Source: Chrysomallon squamiferum (lineage: Eukaryota > Animalia > Mollusca). From it: a DNA stretch of 64,000 nucleotides. A program made the translations under genes and the position numbers. Below the pieces are notes generated by a model. That model did no database searches and had not been told where the DNA came from. It worked only from the letters and a program-made list of their open reading frames with translations. The stretch is taken from contig CM022679.1 in the NCBI GenBank assembly GCA_012295275.1, positions 12,772,001 through 12,836,000 of the forward strand, in the 5' to 3' direction. Below, in pieces: positions 14,011-29,905 of this stretch. Position 1 is the stretch's first letter. Each line of letters opens with the position of its first letter.

Positions 14011-17000
14011 AGCAGTGTTGTTGATATGAAACATTTCTATGTGATTACTGATTTCTAAAAACTATTACATAGGACTTTTGTGTCAAACCTCCCACATTAA
14101 AGGATAGTGATTATTTTTAATATAAAGTACCTTACAATATTTATAAATATTTCACTACATAGATGCTCATTAAGGTAATATCAATATATATATATATATA
14201 TATATCAGTAATAATAAATGTTAATTATTTCTTATGATAAACATCAAAGAAATATCAATAGGGATAGAAATAATAAGCAAAACAATTTAAACCTAAATCA
14301 TTGTTTTATTATTTGAGTTGCAGCAGCACTTTTTTGTCAGTATACAAACACAGCCTATAAACTTAACAGTTCAAGTCCCGATGATAAAATTATTCAAGTC
14401 TGTCCTAAGTTCCACAGTTAATACAACAACAGTAGTCATTTAAACCTAAATGAATTTTTATGATTTTGGGTCATTCCAGTACTATAGTGTTAGTATATTC
14501 ATGTATAATAGCTACAATGATCTGAATCTATCATAATTTCACTGTTTTAAATATAGCAGTCACAAATTTGTATATGTTTCCTGAGTCTGTTTGTAACAAC
14601 ATGTTGTCAGTACATATAAACTGATGATAAAATTATCTGAGCTTGTCATCAAACTGACAGTTAAAATAAAACAGTAATTATTCTGATGCAAATATATTTT
14701 TTTATCACCAAGGTTATGGCAACATGTGTTGATAATACAATACAGCCAGTAAAATAAATGATCAGTTAATGGATTATAACAATTATCTAAGTACATCATT
14801 AATTCCACAAATAAAAAAAATAAAAAAATAAAAATGGTAATAAATTAAATATATTTTTTTTGTGTGTGTGTGATGTTCTATAGCTGTGTTATTATGTTAT
14901 CAGTACAGAAATTTAGCCTGTAAATTGAAAGGTTAACAAAAAAGGTTATCAAAGACTTTGTTATGAGTGTATCAACAAATCTGTATTTAAATAATTATTC
15001 ATATGAAAATTATATTTAATGAAATGGGATAAAGTAACTGTGAACTATACAGTGAAGGATTAGCCAATAAAATACAAAACAATTATGAAATTAAATTATC
15101 CAAGTTTGTCAAAAATTCTCCAGGCAAAATTAAAATCTAAATCAAAATTATTTTTAATAACTCTGGTCAGAATAATGATAAAGCACAGATTTAACTAGTA
15201 AAATCTTAATTAAATGGAAGGATTTTAAAAAAAAACATTTCTGTGACATAATCACCACAACCATATTTATCTTAAAATGGTTTGACTCAAATTCTAAATA
15301 TCTTGGATAGCTTGTAAAAGGAATAATGTATTATGTTCAAACTGTAAATATTCTAAGCAGAAAAAAATGTCCTCAAGGGATATTTGCAATACTGAAGACA
15401 ACACACTGGCATGATAAACCAGTGATAAGTGGCCAACACTGGGAACAAAACAGCCAGTGATAATTTTGTAAGCAGTTCAATAACTCCACTAAATAATTCA
15501 AGTGAGCTTTCATAAATGTAGATAGATCTCTGGCACACAGCACAAGACAAGATATCCGTGACTTTCGAATTCATCTGCATATGAAGCATCCCTTGAGAAG
15601 CACTGTATTGTTTTTGTGAGATCAGTTAGAATGCTGAATGGTGAATTGTCAAACGACTCCAATTTAACATGTCTTGAATAAGTATTTATTGAAAGACAGG
15701 AATAAAGGAAGTTACCTCCTCCACTGGTGATGGCTCGTGGGAAATCATGGTGTCAGAGTTTAAAAGTGCAATTATCAGAGCAGCGATAAGGCTAAGTACC
15801 TCTTTCTGGTAACTAATTTCTTCACCTTGCTGTTGTTCAGTGTAAATAAAAATCAGGTCTTGCTGTGAAGGATACATTTGTAGTTCTTTCACATTTCTCT
15901 TTTGTCTTTTCAAATGTTGAAGAAACGTTAAAACGGTATAAAATTCCAATGTCAAAGTTTCATTATGATGTACAAAAAATATTATTTAAGACCTGATTAA
16001 TTAATTAAATAGCACATCATCTTGATCTTTTTATTTAAGTTTGCTTTTAAAAAGTTTCAGATATGAAAAGTGGACTTTGACTCTTTCAGTCACATATCCA
16101 GATACAAATGAAAGAGTGAGTGACAAGAAACAACAATAAAACTCACAGACAGACAGAAACAACAAGAGTAAGATAATGACTGAGAAATGAATGAAAACAA
16201 TAAAAAAGAAACAGAAATAGCTAGATCCAAAAATAAACACCACACAGGTAAATATCATGTAAATTTGCATAATGTGCTACATGATCCCATTTTTTTTTTT
16301 TTCCATTATTACAAACAACTTGTGTTTGATGGTTTAACCAACACTGTCATTCATCAGTCAGAAAAATCCATAAATAACAGAGAAATCAAAGCACCATTTT
16401 ATTAAAAGACAGCTGGAGGGCAGTATTCTCCACAGACCTCTGCTGTCTGGAGACTTCTCATTTGTCAGAGAATGTTGTATTTCTACTCATCATCTTCTTC
16501 ACTGCAACATGAACAGCATTCACAGCAGCATCTTGTTTTCATTTATACAAAACAGAAGTCAGAACTGGACAAGGCAGATATAATGGAGAAAGAAGAAACA
16601 TGTTATGAGGCAGTGTCTTATAAAAAAACACACCTCTAGTCTTAGTACAGGTATTGGACCTTTTGTTGTCCCATCCAGTAGTTCATGATCAGTTTATGGC
16701 ATGTTATAAATAATATTTTCATTAATATCGTGACTAGTTTTATCACAGGCTGTGGCAAGTGTTTTCATGTCTATGGGAAGAAGCAGAAAAGCTATCCCTT
16801 TCTAAATAAAAATAGAACAGCCCTTTGCTTGGTGACATTAATTTTCATCTCTCTCATTAATTGTTTTATATTTAACCACATGAACACTGCCACGTAACTG
16901 TTGATGTTAATATAAAAGTATGATAATTTAAATATATTAGACAGTAAATATATATTTTCTGATTCTTTGGAAATTGAACTGGAATTTAGTGATACCAGTA

Positions 17001-17739
17001 TACATTTACAGCTACGAAGGAATCATAATTATTTCATTTTGATTTCATATTACTATGTCAAGCCAAACATTCTGGATCAATTATTCTGAACATACCTTCA
17101 TAAATCCACCTTACATTAAGACAAAACATATGAGGTATGGAATTAAAAAAAAAAATCAAATCAGTGCATATCCTAAAAATAACTGCAAATGATGCAACGA
17201 TAATTAGCTATTGATAATATATCCCCCAAAAAATCCACAAAAAACAATTATGTATTATTGTAAGTAGGGACCAATGCTAAAGAAATGACGTGAGATTTGA
17301 TCAGTGTGTGATAACTGTTTGATTATGACGATTAATACAGGGTCACCTGCTGCCTCAGATCATTCTGTTTCTACATACAGCTCTTTATGTGATTTGCCAT
17401 CTGCTGCAGTACAATAAAAATCCAAACACTTAAAAGTATGTCACATGTGGGTGTGGGATTATGCTGTGGTATTAACAGGTGCAAAACAAGATCTGTGGAT
17501 TTATGCTCAAAACAATATTAGAGATATTAATATAATGTTCTTTTTTTTTTTTTTTTTTTTTCAGGGATAATTAAAATCCCTTTTTATCACAGAATTTAAA
17601 AATATAATAAATAAATAAATAAATAATAATAAAAATAATAATAATAAAATAAATAAATAAATAATGATGCTGTTATTTAAGGGATTTTTATCTTGAGAAC
17701 ATTTGACATGTTGTGGCATTTATGAAGTAAGTCACCAAC

Positions 17740-17990
17740 ACTTAAACATTAGATTGGCTGCTACGTGGTATGACACTGGATTATATCCCATTCCAGATAA
17801 TGCCCACAAACTTTCTTTATCAAAATCAGGTAATGTCCTAACCAGTAAGGCTGCTTGTTGCTTGTCAATGAATAGCCTAATGAGTGGTGACAGCTGGTTT
17901 CTCTCACTTTGATAACCAAAAAGAGAAAATCATACAATTAACATCTAATAACCATTAATATTAAGTGAATATTCCACTATCATTTAAATA
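17740..17990 (-). mobile_element. Probable decayed SINE-like copy, opposite orientation
   Basis: gcttgttgcttgtcaatgaatagcctaatgagtggtgacagctggtttctctc resembles the reverse complement of 3072-3130. Confidence 0.4.
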
Positions 17991-20900
17991 GGCTTTATTT
18001 TGTTGTTGTTTATATATTTATAACTTCATAAATTTCCAATCTGCACCATGTTGAGATTATATTTCTATTAGCAATAATTAAAAATGTGTATTGATCAATT
18101 TTTATTTCTTATTGTATGTAATTATTCTGAAGTGTAAGAGCTGATGTAAGTATGCAAAATCAAAATAGTTTTTTTTTTTCTTTATATTTTTTTATTCCAC
18201 TGATGTAAATTTTCTGGATCATTCATTTTGAACATTCCTTTAAATCCTCTATACCTAAAGAACAAGTACATTTGCAATACTGTACAAGTTAATGTTACAT
18301 TAAAGTGTTTCTAAACAACCTGAAGTCATCAAAATATTGGTCATTTCAAATAAGGAATAATTCGGTAACCCTCAGTGAATGCTGCCTGAATCCACGAATT
18401 GTATGACAGGCAAATTTGTGACCGATAAAATGATCAAACAGAAAACTGCAAAAATAACATGACAAGTGCAAACAGAAAAACAGCAAAAATAACTCGGCAA
18501 ATACAAATAGAAATCACTCTCCCAAATCGCTGCTATTGAAAAGCATTCTGTCTGAAAAATTGTCTTTTCCAATCGTGCCAACTTCCTTAAGCTGCAGCTA
18601 GTTTCCTCCATTAGAGATTTACAGAACATATCAATTTTAAGGTCTTTGATGGTCATCTTTGCATAGCACGGGGTCGTTACATCGACTACATGTTTCAAAG
18701 GGAGCACTATATTTATGTTGACAATGTCACTATTGAAGTTTATTTAACCAACCAAGAAAAGTGCTCTTCGTTTGGCCTTCCTGAAAATGACAATCAGCAA
18801 AGAGGCCAGGGCCTGGAGTTATTACAAGTTGGCCACACATCTTGCACACGGCAATCAATCAGGTCTCCATTAAAGCTAGAAATACAGTTTTTGTGCTTGT
18901 AGCAATTACAGAGATCAATTGTTAAACAGTTCTCGTTTTAAAACAACTTAAATGTTTAAAGGTGTTGAGAGTTGATATGCTTTTAAACAAGCGATACGTC
19001 TTGATTGTAATAATGACAGAAACATTAGAGAATTGTGATTACCTCATCAGTGGTGTAAAGAACTTGTCATGTGTGTACAAAAGCTGACATGGTTGTTAAA
19101 TGTCACTTCACTGACTATTTTAGTTCAGTTTTTAAATACTCGTTCTTTTTAAACTTCCATGCATCCTTACCATCCACAGCAAAGAACAAGATGACACCTC
19201 AAAGCATTTATTTTAATTGTTACAATTTATGTACTTCAGTATTGATGAAAATGGTAACCAGTTTTTAGATTAAAAGCAATTAAAAATGTATTATACAAAT
19301 GAAATGTACCAATGCTCTTTTTTTTTCTTTTTTTCTCACTCTGTATGCTATAATGATACCTCAGCATTCTTTGAAAGAATATCCATTTTCAGTTTAATGG
19401 TATCTAAACACATTTTACTTTGAATGTAATTATATATTTAAACAGCACCAGTTTTTTTTTTTTCTTTATGATAGCATTAACTACTAAGTTCCTTTTAATA
19501 TGTAAACTGTTACTGAATGCACAGTCAAAAATGAAAGCTTGATTATCAACAGTCTGAACCTTTAACTTGTTGAGAACATTGCAATGATAGTCACAATTTT
19601 TACATCCCACATATCTATAGTGACCACTTACAAGATCAAAGAACATAATGTTAAATCACTATCTGCAATATACTGAATCACATTTTCATTGGTCAAGTGA
19701 TGCCTGGATAAAATCCACTTCTACATTTCTTGCCATCAGATGACACTTTTCACCTCAGTAGCAAAGAGGTTAAATTAATGAGGCTGATTAAGAGAATTCA
19801 AGGTAGAAAAACAACATTAAAGGTTTTCAGAATATTCCTTTTTCTTCATTACACTGACCAAGAAATAAATTTGTGTTGTTCACCATGCAACTGTCAGCAT
19901 TAAAACAAAGAATCAGATTATTACTTCAGATTACCAATGGATTTTAATTTCTGAAAAATCTGTTTTAAAGAATACAATATTAGCAAACTGCTTGTAGGTA
20001 AAATTCATACTGAATTTAAACTGTTCTATGCCTAATTTGCATCTACATTCCACTTTGAAGTAAAAGTCACACTGGCTTTGTACCTGAATTCTCATTACTA
20101 GGTAAAATTGATACAGAATTAAACTGTTTTATACTTAATTTGTATCTGCTTTTGTTTTTGCAGGTAAACTATATACAGTAATTAAATGTTTCAGTTCCTA
20201 ACTCAGCACTGACCTTTGATGATACAATGTTCTTGAAAGGTAATTTTCTTACATGGTTGTATTTTTAATTTTATTTAATTTATGTGGTAACGCATACATG
20301 ACATTTATGCTTGCACAAGTAGTCATTTGACTGTTACTGTAGTAGGAATCAATAATTCATATGCAACACTATACATATTTGATTGATCAGCTTACTCTGA
20401 ACAAATTAACAGTCCAATAACAATCATTTTCTAATCATTTTGTTTTTTATTTTTTTATACACATTGTTTTACATTAACTATTTTAGAGGCTGTTGTCACA
20501 GCTGTATGAACCATAACCTGAATTTAAACCAATCATTACACAGTCAGCATATATCAATAGATCTTCAATTTGTTTCCTGTTCCAACTAATACTTCAAAGA
20601 GCTATAAATGTGTCATCAAATTAAAAAAAAAAATTAAAAAAAAAAATTGGTTATATTTCAAACAATAAATGACAGTCCACAGTTTATCAGACAGACATAC
20701 AATTGATTTAATTTTAATATTTGTCAGAAGTCAGCTTTGAATATCACATGTTTTTTTTTTTAAAGATTTGTGTTATATAGGCTGCTGGAAAGATTGAATA
20801 ACACATCCTTTTGGAAACTGTGTTATACACATCCTGGAAGCAAATATGTAATAACATTTTTTATTTTAAATCATTTTATTTTGAACTCTATTTTGTTTTG

Positions 20901-21104
20901 TTTCTTAAGGCTATGTAGATTACTCATTTACACCATACAGGACTATGCTGAAACCCAGTACACAGTATTGTTTTGCTTTATTATGTTACATTTTTGCATT
21001 AATGAACTTAATAAATGAACAAAATCTTCATGTAGGTATAGATATGGATTTATATATTAATGGTTTACTACATTTCATTAATTTATTTTCTTAAGTAATG
21101 ATCA

Positions 21105-21300
21105 TGTTAGAGAGTCACTGCCACAGAGTATTATTACTAATTATCAACAAGTAATCTTTTACACAGTTCTTCCATTGACATTGATTGCCATACTATTGTT
21201 CTTTCTTTAAAATAAAACCATATACACATTTTACCAGATTGTAAACCAGTCTCCGGTCATTGTCAAAGGCACAGAATAGTCCAGTGGGTGATACATCATG
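21105..21300 (+). mobile_element. Decayed copy of the same SINE-like repeat
   Basis: ttatcaacaagtaatcttttacacagttcttccattgaca...taaaccagtc; boundaries approximate. Confidence 0.4.
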
Positions 21301-23421
21301 CCTCCAGCTTTGTGCTATGACCATTAAGCTGCAGCATCACCACTCTATTCCACATGACAGGTATTTGTTTTGTTTCCCACAGTTAATTAAATGCTAAGAT
21401 GAAGAATACTGATACAAAGATTGGCACTTTCCGCTCTCTACAGAATAGGTTGCTTTGAGTTCAAGGTTAATTTGCCCACAAATGACACATTTTAACTCAG
21501 TACCAAGAGAGATAAATTTAAAAAGTAAGTTAATAACAACAAAAGCAGTCACCTTAAAGACAAAGACCTGGAAATCAGTTAACATCCATTACACCATAGG
21601 TAATTGAATATTTTAACTTAGAAAACTGTTTGACCTAGGTAATTGATGCCTCAACAAATATAACTTACACAAGAAATGTTTTCGTTTATGAAAACACAAA
21701 GAAATGATAATGGAATGAATACACTCTCGTGTTCTCAGTTGGTTGTCATACGCAAGCAGAATGTTCTTGTTTATTTAGTGCATGCCTGTATCTGCTTATT
21801 AATGACTGCGCCTGGCCCACTCCATGTTCCTGTTCACACTGACTTCCCCCTCTGCAGTTCTTTGACTGCAGCATGAATGCAAGAGAAAGGAAATGAGCCA
21901 AGCACTGGGAGATGTCATGTTCTGACACAATGCCATGCGGTTAACATGTTTGACATAAGCAGTTTACTTGGCTGACGGAGGATTAGGTTGCAAGCATTGG
22001 CAGTGTTTAACCTAGTGAAATAAGGTTTACACTTCCTTGTGCAAAATTAATCTGACTGCTGATATGACTTCTCAGCTATTTGACACGGGGAAAATAAATC
22101 TTTGTTGTTGTTGTTTTGGAGGTTTTTTGGTTGTTTTTTTTCACTTCAGATCCTGACTTGCAACTTGCAAAATATTTATTTACAAAAAAGGGTTGGTTAT
22201 TTAATTTATTTCATTTCCTGCCCTTCCTGAATTATAATGAGAACACTGAGCAACTTTTAAAACTACATTTGCAAAATTTATCGTTGACAGTTTAAGTATG
22301 AACCTCTGAATTTATTGAGCACATATTTAAAGTAGTGCTTTGAAAATATTTAAATTATAGACATGACTCGTTGTAAATCATGATCACAAGCATTCTTATT
22401 TTAAGACTAAACCTCTAAATATATTGAATAAATATTTTAATTAGTCTTCAGAACGTATTAAATAAGGTCATGAACTGAATAATCAATAATCAAAATATTT
22501 ACCTGCACCTCCCTTTAAACATGTTGACTTAATATTTTAATTAGTTGTTTGAAAATATTCGAATGAGATCACAGTTTGTGTAAATAATAATCAGAAAATT
22601 AGTTTTTGTGTAAATGGTATTTCCAAAAAGTCAGTGAGTGCAGCTCTAAATGAACTAATTAAATTAATTAGTTTTAGAATATATTAAAAGTGATGCGTAT
22701 TGCTACATAATTACTGTGACACCTGGATTGTTGTCATGGAGTTGAACATTACAGTAAGGACAATTATTTTGTTGTCATGAAATGACATCCACAGACTATC
22801 TCAACCATGACAGATACTTTGATTTCCATGGTAACAAATGCTAAATGCATGTACTTATCACTTATAGAAAGAAATATTAAATGTATGTTGGCTTTCTGAC
22901 TGTAACTAATTCACTTAAGCAACAATCAGCAACAGTAAATAACAGGGTGATTATTTTCATAATGAAACACACACACACACACACAATCAACACACACACG
23001 ACACACACACACATATATATTTTGGGGTTTCTTATAAAGAGATATAACTATATAACAGCTTGATTTCAAAACTATGTGTTAATAAACTTAAATAGTTATC
23101 AGTAACATTCTCTATTGTTGTTTTATTATATTTAAGAGAGAGCAGAATACGCCTGAGGTATGACATGCCAAAGGATCAATTCTTTTCAGAGCATCACCAG
23201 GGCTATTTATCACTACCAGTTCAATCAATGATGTATTTGTATGTTCTGAATGCTTAAACTTTAATCAGTCAATGGTTATCTTGTATACTTATAATTGTCT
23301 ATATAATTTTACATAATTCTGTAATACAAATATCATTTCAGTCATATGTAATGTTATGATTCTGTTTTAAAACAACTAGAAATAAATAATCTTTTCTGTT
23401 GTTTCTTCTTCTTTTATTATT

Positions 23422-23461
<40 letters not shown>

Positions 23462-26250
23462 TTTTTTTTAATTAAAGGAACTTCTTCTTTTTGGAATTAA
23501 AATAAGCCCAAAACTAACAAATTAATTCTGTAGATGATATTCAGAATAAAAGCTCTTTAAGGCCTTGTTATCATAAAATAATAACGTATTGTCACTTAAC
23601 CAAAATATTTTAATTGCTTTGCACAGATTTACTCAAGCAAGGTAACTTTATTTAGTTTTTTCAGTCAAAATGCCGTATCACATTCACCAATCAGTGAAAA
23701 CAGGAAGACATACTGGATGCTCTATAAATAATAAATATATCACTATGTTACTCCAGGCCAATACACTGAGGCAATTAACCAGCCTAATTTTAGTTCCTTT
23801 TTTTGTTATTTACAAAACCAGTTCTTTCTTTTTCTTTCAGTGTTTTCGTTACATTTTTCATTCATCTAAATATCAAACTGCAACTCTTGCAACCTAAGTA
23901 GCATTAAGTAGACTATAAAATTAATTTTAATAATGATTTTAGTTCCTTTTTTTTTAATTTTCAAATGTAATTCTCTTTCTATCTGTGTATTTTTCTGCAT
24001 CTTGTTTTTTTTTTTGTGTGTTTTCGATTACTGTTGTCATTTTTCTGACTCTCTTTCTTTCATTCATTCTTCTATTACCTTGTAGTTTTGAATGAAATAA
24101 GAAGTTAAAAGACATAAAATGAGAGAGCCACAGCTAATAATAACATAGGAATTACAGTATCTTAGCATTCCATTTTCTAACATAAATGTTTCATTAACAG
24201 GTATCTATATAATAACAAGAATGATTTTTTTTTTTTTTTAATTTCTAAATTTACATAGTAACACAGCAAAATGTAATAAGGATGGAATACAAACAGTACA
24301 TGATATTAATGCTACAAAAATTTCTCTTTCAACATATTTAGCATTTTAGTGATTATTTATTATTATTATGTTATTATTGTTATTATTATTGTTGTTGTTG
24401 TTGTAGTTGTTGTTTTATGTATCTAACATTTTTAATAATCCTGTCATAATATGCAGATGCTCCAGATTATTTTTTTCTTGAATCTTATTTTTATTATTCT
24501 GCGCATGTATTTAATTCATTTATTTCAATATTAGAACATTTGGTTTTTGAACATCCGTCTAGATACAAACTGTAGCTACACACGTAATGTTTAAAATACC
24601 TTTAACTTTGTTTAACTCAAAATCAGTGTTTAATAAGGCTTGTATCCTATACCCATAATGCTATATTCAACTGGATCAATATGATGATGCACAATAACAC
24701 AACAAGCAAGGATTTCTTTTTTCTTTTCCTTCCTATTCTTTTTTTTTTATTTATTTTTTTTTTTTTCTGAAAAGGAAAAATGGAAAGAAAAATCCATCTT
24801 CTATTTCCAACACAAAAATGACACCCACAGACTGCAAGCAACGACAGAAACTTTGATTTCCATGGTAACAGATGCTAATTGTGTATACTTATCGCTTAAT
24901 GAAGAACACATTAAATACCGACTGTTTTCTGACGAGGGCAGAAAAATATCTGAACAAACAGTTGTTATTAGCAAACAGTATTCCCTGCAGAGAAAGACAG
25001 CAGCATCAAGAACTAATTTAAATATTAATCTTAGTACAGCATTTTTATTAGCAAATTACGGAAGCTGTAGAAAAAGGTAATGGCACCAGGAAATAATTTA
25101 AATATTATTTTAAGTTTAAAGCATTTTTGTTTTTATTAACAGAAAAACTATCCCTGAGAGAACTGCATGGCAACATCAAGCACATTAATTCAGTAAAAAA
25201 AAAAATGTCTTGACAAAAATATGTCTTTGTCATTTGAAGAGGCTGCAGTGCATAATAATATATATTTTTCCCTTATGTAAATGGTTTTGCTAAAAAAAAC
25301 ATGAACTAAAATTATTTTTATTAGAATATGCTATGTGGTTCCAGTTTTTTCTTTACATATATAAATGTATGTGTGTGTGTGTGTGTGTGTGTTTGTGTCT
25401 GAATTTGTATGTATGCTGTTGCCTTTGATTTAGTACATCATTGTTAAGAAGTAACAAATTACTGCTACAAGGAGTAAACAAATTACTGATTACAAAAAGT
25501 AAACAAATTACAAGTTACAATACGTAAACCAGTTCACTTTATATACACATGAAGTAAAGAAGTCAGTATTATTATTGTTATTATTATTGCTATACTAATG
25601 TACATAAAGAATAATTTGCTGTTTACAAAGATATGAATGTCCAATGACAAATGAAGCATATATAATTTTATTATGTCTGTTTCTGTGTCATGTACAAGAT
25701 TACGTATTTAATCAGGAAACAAATCTAAACTATCTGTAGAAAACTGCACAGCAGCATGCAATACTGACTGTATTTCACCTTTATGGCATATCACCATGTT
25801 ACTGACATCATAAACTGAGAAAAACAAAAACATAACACTTATTCTTGGTGGCATAAAGATGTTTGTTGATGGAATATGATCATAAACTTAGAGATGTAAA
25901 TGCTTAAATATTATTACTCATATGCTATTCATTGTTTTTCATTTTGTTTCTTTCAACTTATTTTATTAAAAATTTTCAAATATTTTTCTTATATAAATGT
26001 GTATAATTTATGACTTATTAATAAAGGTTACAAGATTCAGTTTAAATGTAACAAGAATGTTTTTGGATTAGCAGTATCAAACAGATTAATTAGTTAATTA
26101 AAGTTTATTTCTACTAATAATTTGTGACAAATTATTATTTTAAATTAAAAAAAAAAAAACATGAATTTCTTTCACACACACAGACACACAAATACATACA
26201 TACATATATATATACATGCATCTATAATATATATATATACATGCATCTAC

Positions 26251-26287
<37 letters not shown>

Positions 26288-26974
26288 AGAAAAACATAGA
26301 GCAAATGCATTTCATTTAAAATATCTGTTCATCATTGTATAGCATGCAGCATAGGATCATTTTAAATATAACCCCACCTCAAAATGTCTGTTGTATTAAT
26401 AATAACAATATTATCCTTTAATCAACTGTAATTAAAATGACATGTTGGATTACAGTCACAGATTATTTGTTCTTCTGTTCTGTACTCAAGTCAGTTGAGG
26501 TTTGTGAAACAAGAGAAGCCAAAATAACAATTTGTGTCCTTACAGATGATAAATACATTTTGTTCTGAACTTCTGCATGGATCATTAAACTAGCACGCAC
26601 TGTTTACACGTTGCAACTCTTGTTGTCAATGTGCAAATGTTGCTCCAGATAAGAAAAAAAACCCTAATAATTACAGGATGATGGAAAGAAAATCACTTTG
26701 TCTGTATAAAAAGTTGTATGATCACACAAGATGAAATCTGAAAAAGTATATTAAAAATACTGTGGAAATACCTTTATGAATATGGGTGCATGTAAATATG
26801 CATGCTGATATAAGGATATGTACATATATGTGTATGTACACATACATAGATGTACATAGGCAGATAAACACACACACACACACATCTATTAACTGCTATT
26901 ATTTGTCTCTATAAAGTTTGGATTGTTGATAGGTATTTGTACTATATCCATTTATGTGTAAAATGAAGAGGATT

Positions 26975-27006
<32 letters not shown>

Positions 27007-28339
27007 CTTTTCTTTCAAAAAAAAAAAAAAAAAAAAAAAAATAGAATTATAAATTAAGCTTTAAAATAACTCATTGTCATTGTAGTACTTATATATTGAT
27101 TTTAAGTTTTTTTTTTTTTTTTTTTTACCTTCCAATCAATGAAATAACCATTCCCACATGCCCCTCAGTTAAAAACATTTTCATTTTTCTGAAAAGCTGC
27201 ACAAAAATGACATTTTTCTTATTGATCCCCTTCCTCAGGAGATGTTTATGCATCACCAGCATTTTTTTTTTTTTTTTTTAACCCTTTAATACTCTTGGAT
27301 ACACATGGTACATATCATTGGCCCTCCTATCTTCCCTGGGATACATTAAACTTGGATAATCCCAGAGTCACAAGAAGAACCTCTGGAGATGTATGGAAAC
27401 AATGGCCCCACACTGTGATACAGTTTTTGTCAGTGCTGAACGAAATGGCCAAGAGCCAGCTAGGTCAGAAGTTATCTCAGCTTTGTGGTACTGTTAGCAT
27501 GGTATCGTGTATACTGTTATCACAGAATATTTACATGTTTCTTGGTTGCTTCTTGATTTACTTTTTAAAGTGTTTTTTTTTCATAATTTTGGATACTTTT
27601 GGTTTTTTTATATTATTTTTGTACCTTTTGGTTTTTCATGATTATGTTTGCTATATGTTTTTAATAATTTTGTTTTTGGTTTTGGTTTTTGCATATTTTG
27701 TTTGTGTCTTTTGGGGTGTCTTTTTTTTATTATTGATTTTAGTTTATTATTTGTTTTATAAGGCTTTGATTGCTTTTTGCTTTTCCATGCATTCTGATTT
27801 TGTTTAAATGTAATTTTTGTCCCAATATTTATTTCCCATGATTATGATTGTTTTTTTACCACATGACTTTGGTTGCATTCATTGATTTTGGGTTGTTGTT
27901 TTTTTCCCAATGATTTTGTTTGCTTTTTTGTTTTTCCATGATTTTGGTTTATTTTGTTTTTCCATTGCTTTGGTTGCTTTCTGTTTTTGCCATGATAGTG
28001 GTTTCTTTTCGCTTTCAAGTGATATTGGTTGCTTGTTTTATTTTCCACGATTTTCGTTGCTTCTTATTTTCCCATGATTTTGTTTACATATAATTTTGTT
28101 GTTTCTTGGTTTAGGTTACTTTTCATGGTTACTTATATATGACAGTCTGTTCCAGAAAATACAATTTGTATTTTAAATATGTTTAAGCATGTAATGTATT
28201 GTTGTATTAAACATAATAACCCCAGATATATCTGTTTATATAACAGATGTTTATGAAAAAGGGTACTCATATTTCCTTTTATTAATATATCAGTCATGCG
28301 AATAGAGAATGTTGTATGTATGGTTATTCCAAAAAAGAT

Positions 28340-28491
28340 AATATTGTGTGAATATGTGTGTATATGTCTGTGTGTGTGTGTGTGTGTAAATGAATGAATA
28401 TCATCTGTATGTATGTATGTATGTATGTATGTATGAAATGAATGAATGTATATATATATATATAAAAGGTAGATTTGTACATATACATATA

Positions 28492-28525
<34 letters not shown>

Positions 28526-28640
28526 TGTGCATGTGTGTGCGTGTATGTAAATGAATGAATATCATCTGTATGTATGTATGTACATATGTATGTGTGTGTG
28601 TGTACATGTGTGTACGTGTGAATGTGATTAAACATGTGTG
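28340..28640. repeat. Compound (TG)n/(TATG)n region with an internal duplication
   Basis: tgtaaatgaatgaatatcatctgtatgtatgtatg appears at ~28385 and ~28546. Confidence 0.85.
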
Positions 28641-29394
28641 CGTATATTTATCTTCTTTACTGGGCAATAAACATATACAGTTACAGTGAAATACAAACAT
28701 ACACGTACAATAAAAGGTAACTGCACTTTTATTACACTGCTGTAATAAAACATGTGCAATAAACTTGTTATCCTACACCTAGCAGTGAAAAAAGTTACCT
28801 CTAACATTGTAAACATATTGGAGAGGTGTGTCATAAAGAAATTATAAAGTTAATTAGAGTTAATTTTTATGAATCTGCTTTATTTGAATGTCTACCTTTT
28901 TTCAACAGGATACAAACTGTATGCTTGTGCAATATACTGACTGTCAGATATAAATGTATCCTGACATTATATACACACACATACACACAAATATGTGTCA
29001 GAAGGAAACTATTTATATTTTTTTATTATTCAAGATCTTTTGGTTTTGATATATTAATGGTTGACAGGTCATGTAAAATGTCATGACTAAGCTATCTGAA
29101 ACTGTTGTTTTATTCATTGCCAACTGTATTCGTATTTTTATCACAAGATCCTTAGTCACTGAAAACATGAACTGTATAAAATATCTAAGAACTGAATTTA
29201 TAAAACCTTCTAATATTTACTTTACTAACAGAAATACAAACAGATTAATTCAAGTGCAGAAAACTTGGTTCTCGTCTTACTGTTACAAACTTATTTTTTT
29301 ATACAATGCACTTTTGACAAAGATATTGAACATAACAAATGCAGATAAACACCCATACTAATATACATAATCAGACTAATACAGATTCATGCAT

Positions 29395-29573
29395 ACACGC
29401 GCGCACACACACACACACAACCTAACATACATACATTAATAAAAATTAATACACACACACACACACACACACATTAACATACAAAAACACACTAATACAC
29501 ATTCATGCACATATACACAAAAAATATCTTAAAATATTCTCACACACACACACAACACACACACACACACATG

Positions 29574-29655
<82 letters not shown>
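29395..29655. repeat. (CA)n-rich microsatellite region
   Basis: Seen directly. Confidence 0.9.
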
Positions 29656-29656
<1 letters not shown>

Positions 29657-29905
29657 TCCATACAGGTCCATATTAAAAAGCCTTATACAATTAAAGTTTC
29701 TGAAATAAAACTATTATTGTTTAAATTATTAATTAACAACAGTTACATTAGTAATTTACCACTAATACATTAGTAACTCATCACTGAAACATAAACATAA
29801 TTGCTAGAGCATGTTTGTTAATAAATTATTGAATAAATAAAAATGAATTTTAAAGATTATTATTTGAAAATCTCACATAAAAGCCATCGAAAGACCAATA
29901 CTTAC

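Noticed and set aside
15686-15955. 89-aa minus-strand ORF with protein-like composition
   Set aside because: No recognisable homology or splice framework; cannot be supported without a search.
27295-27807. 170-aa ORF, the longest in the window
   Set aside because: Starts at a non-ATG codon, the second half is low-complexity T-rich repeat, and there is no motif.
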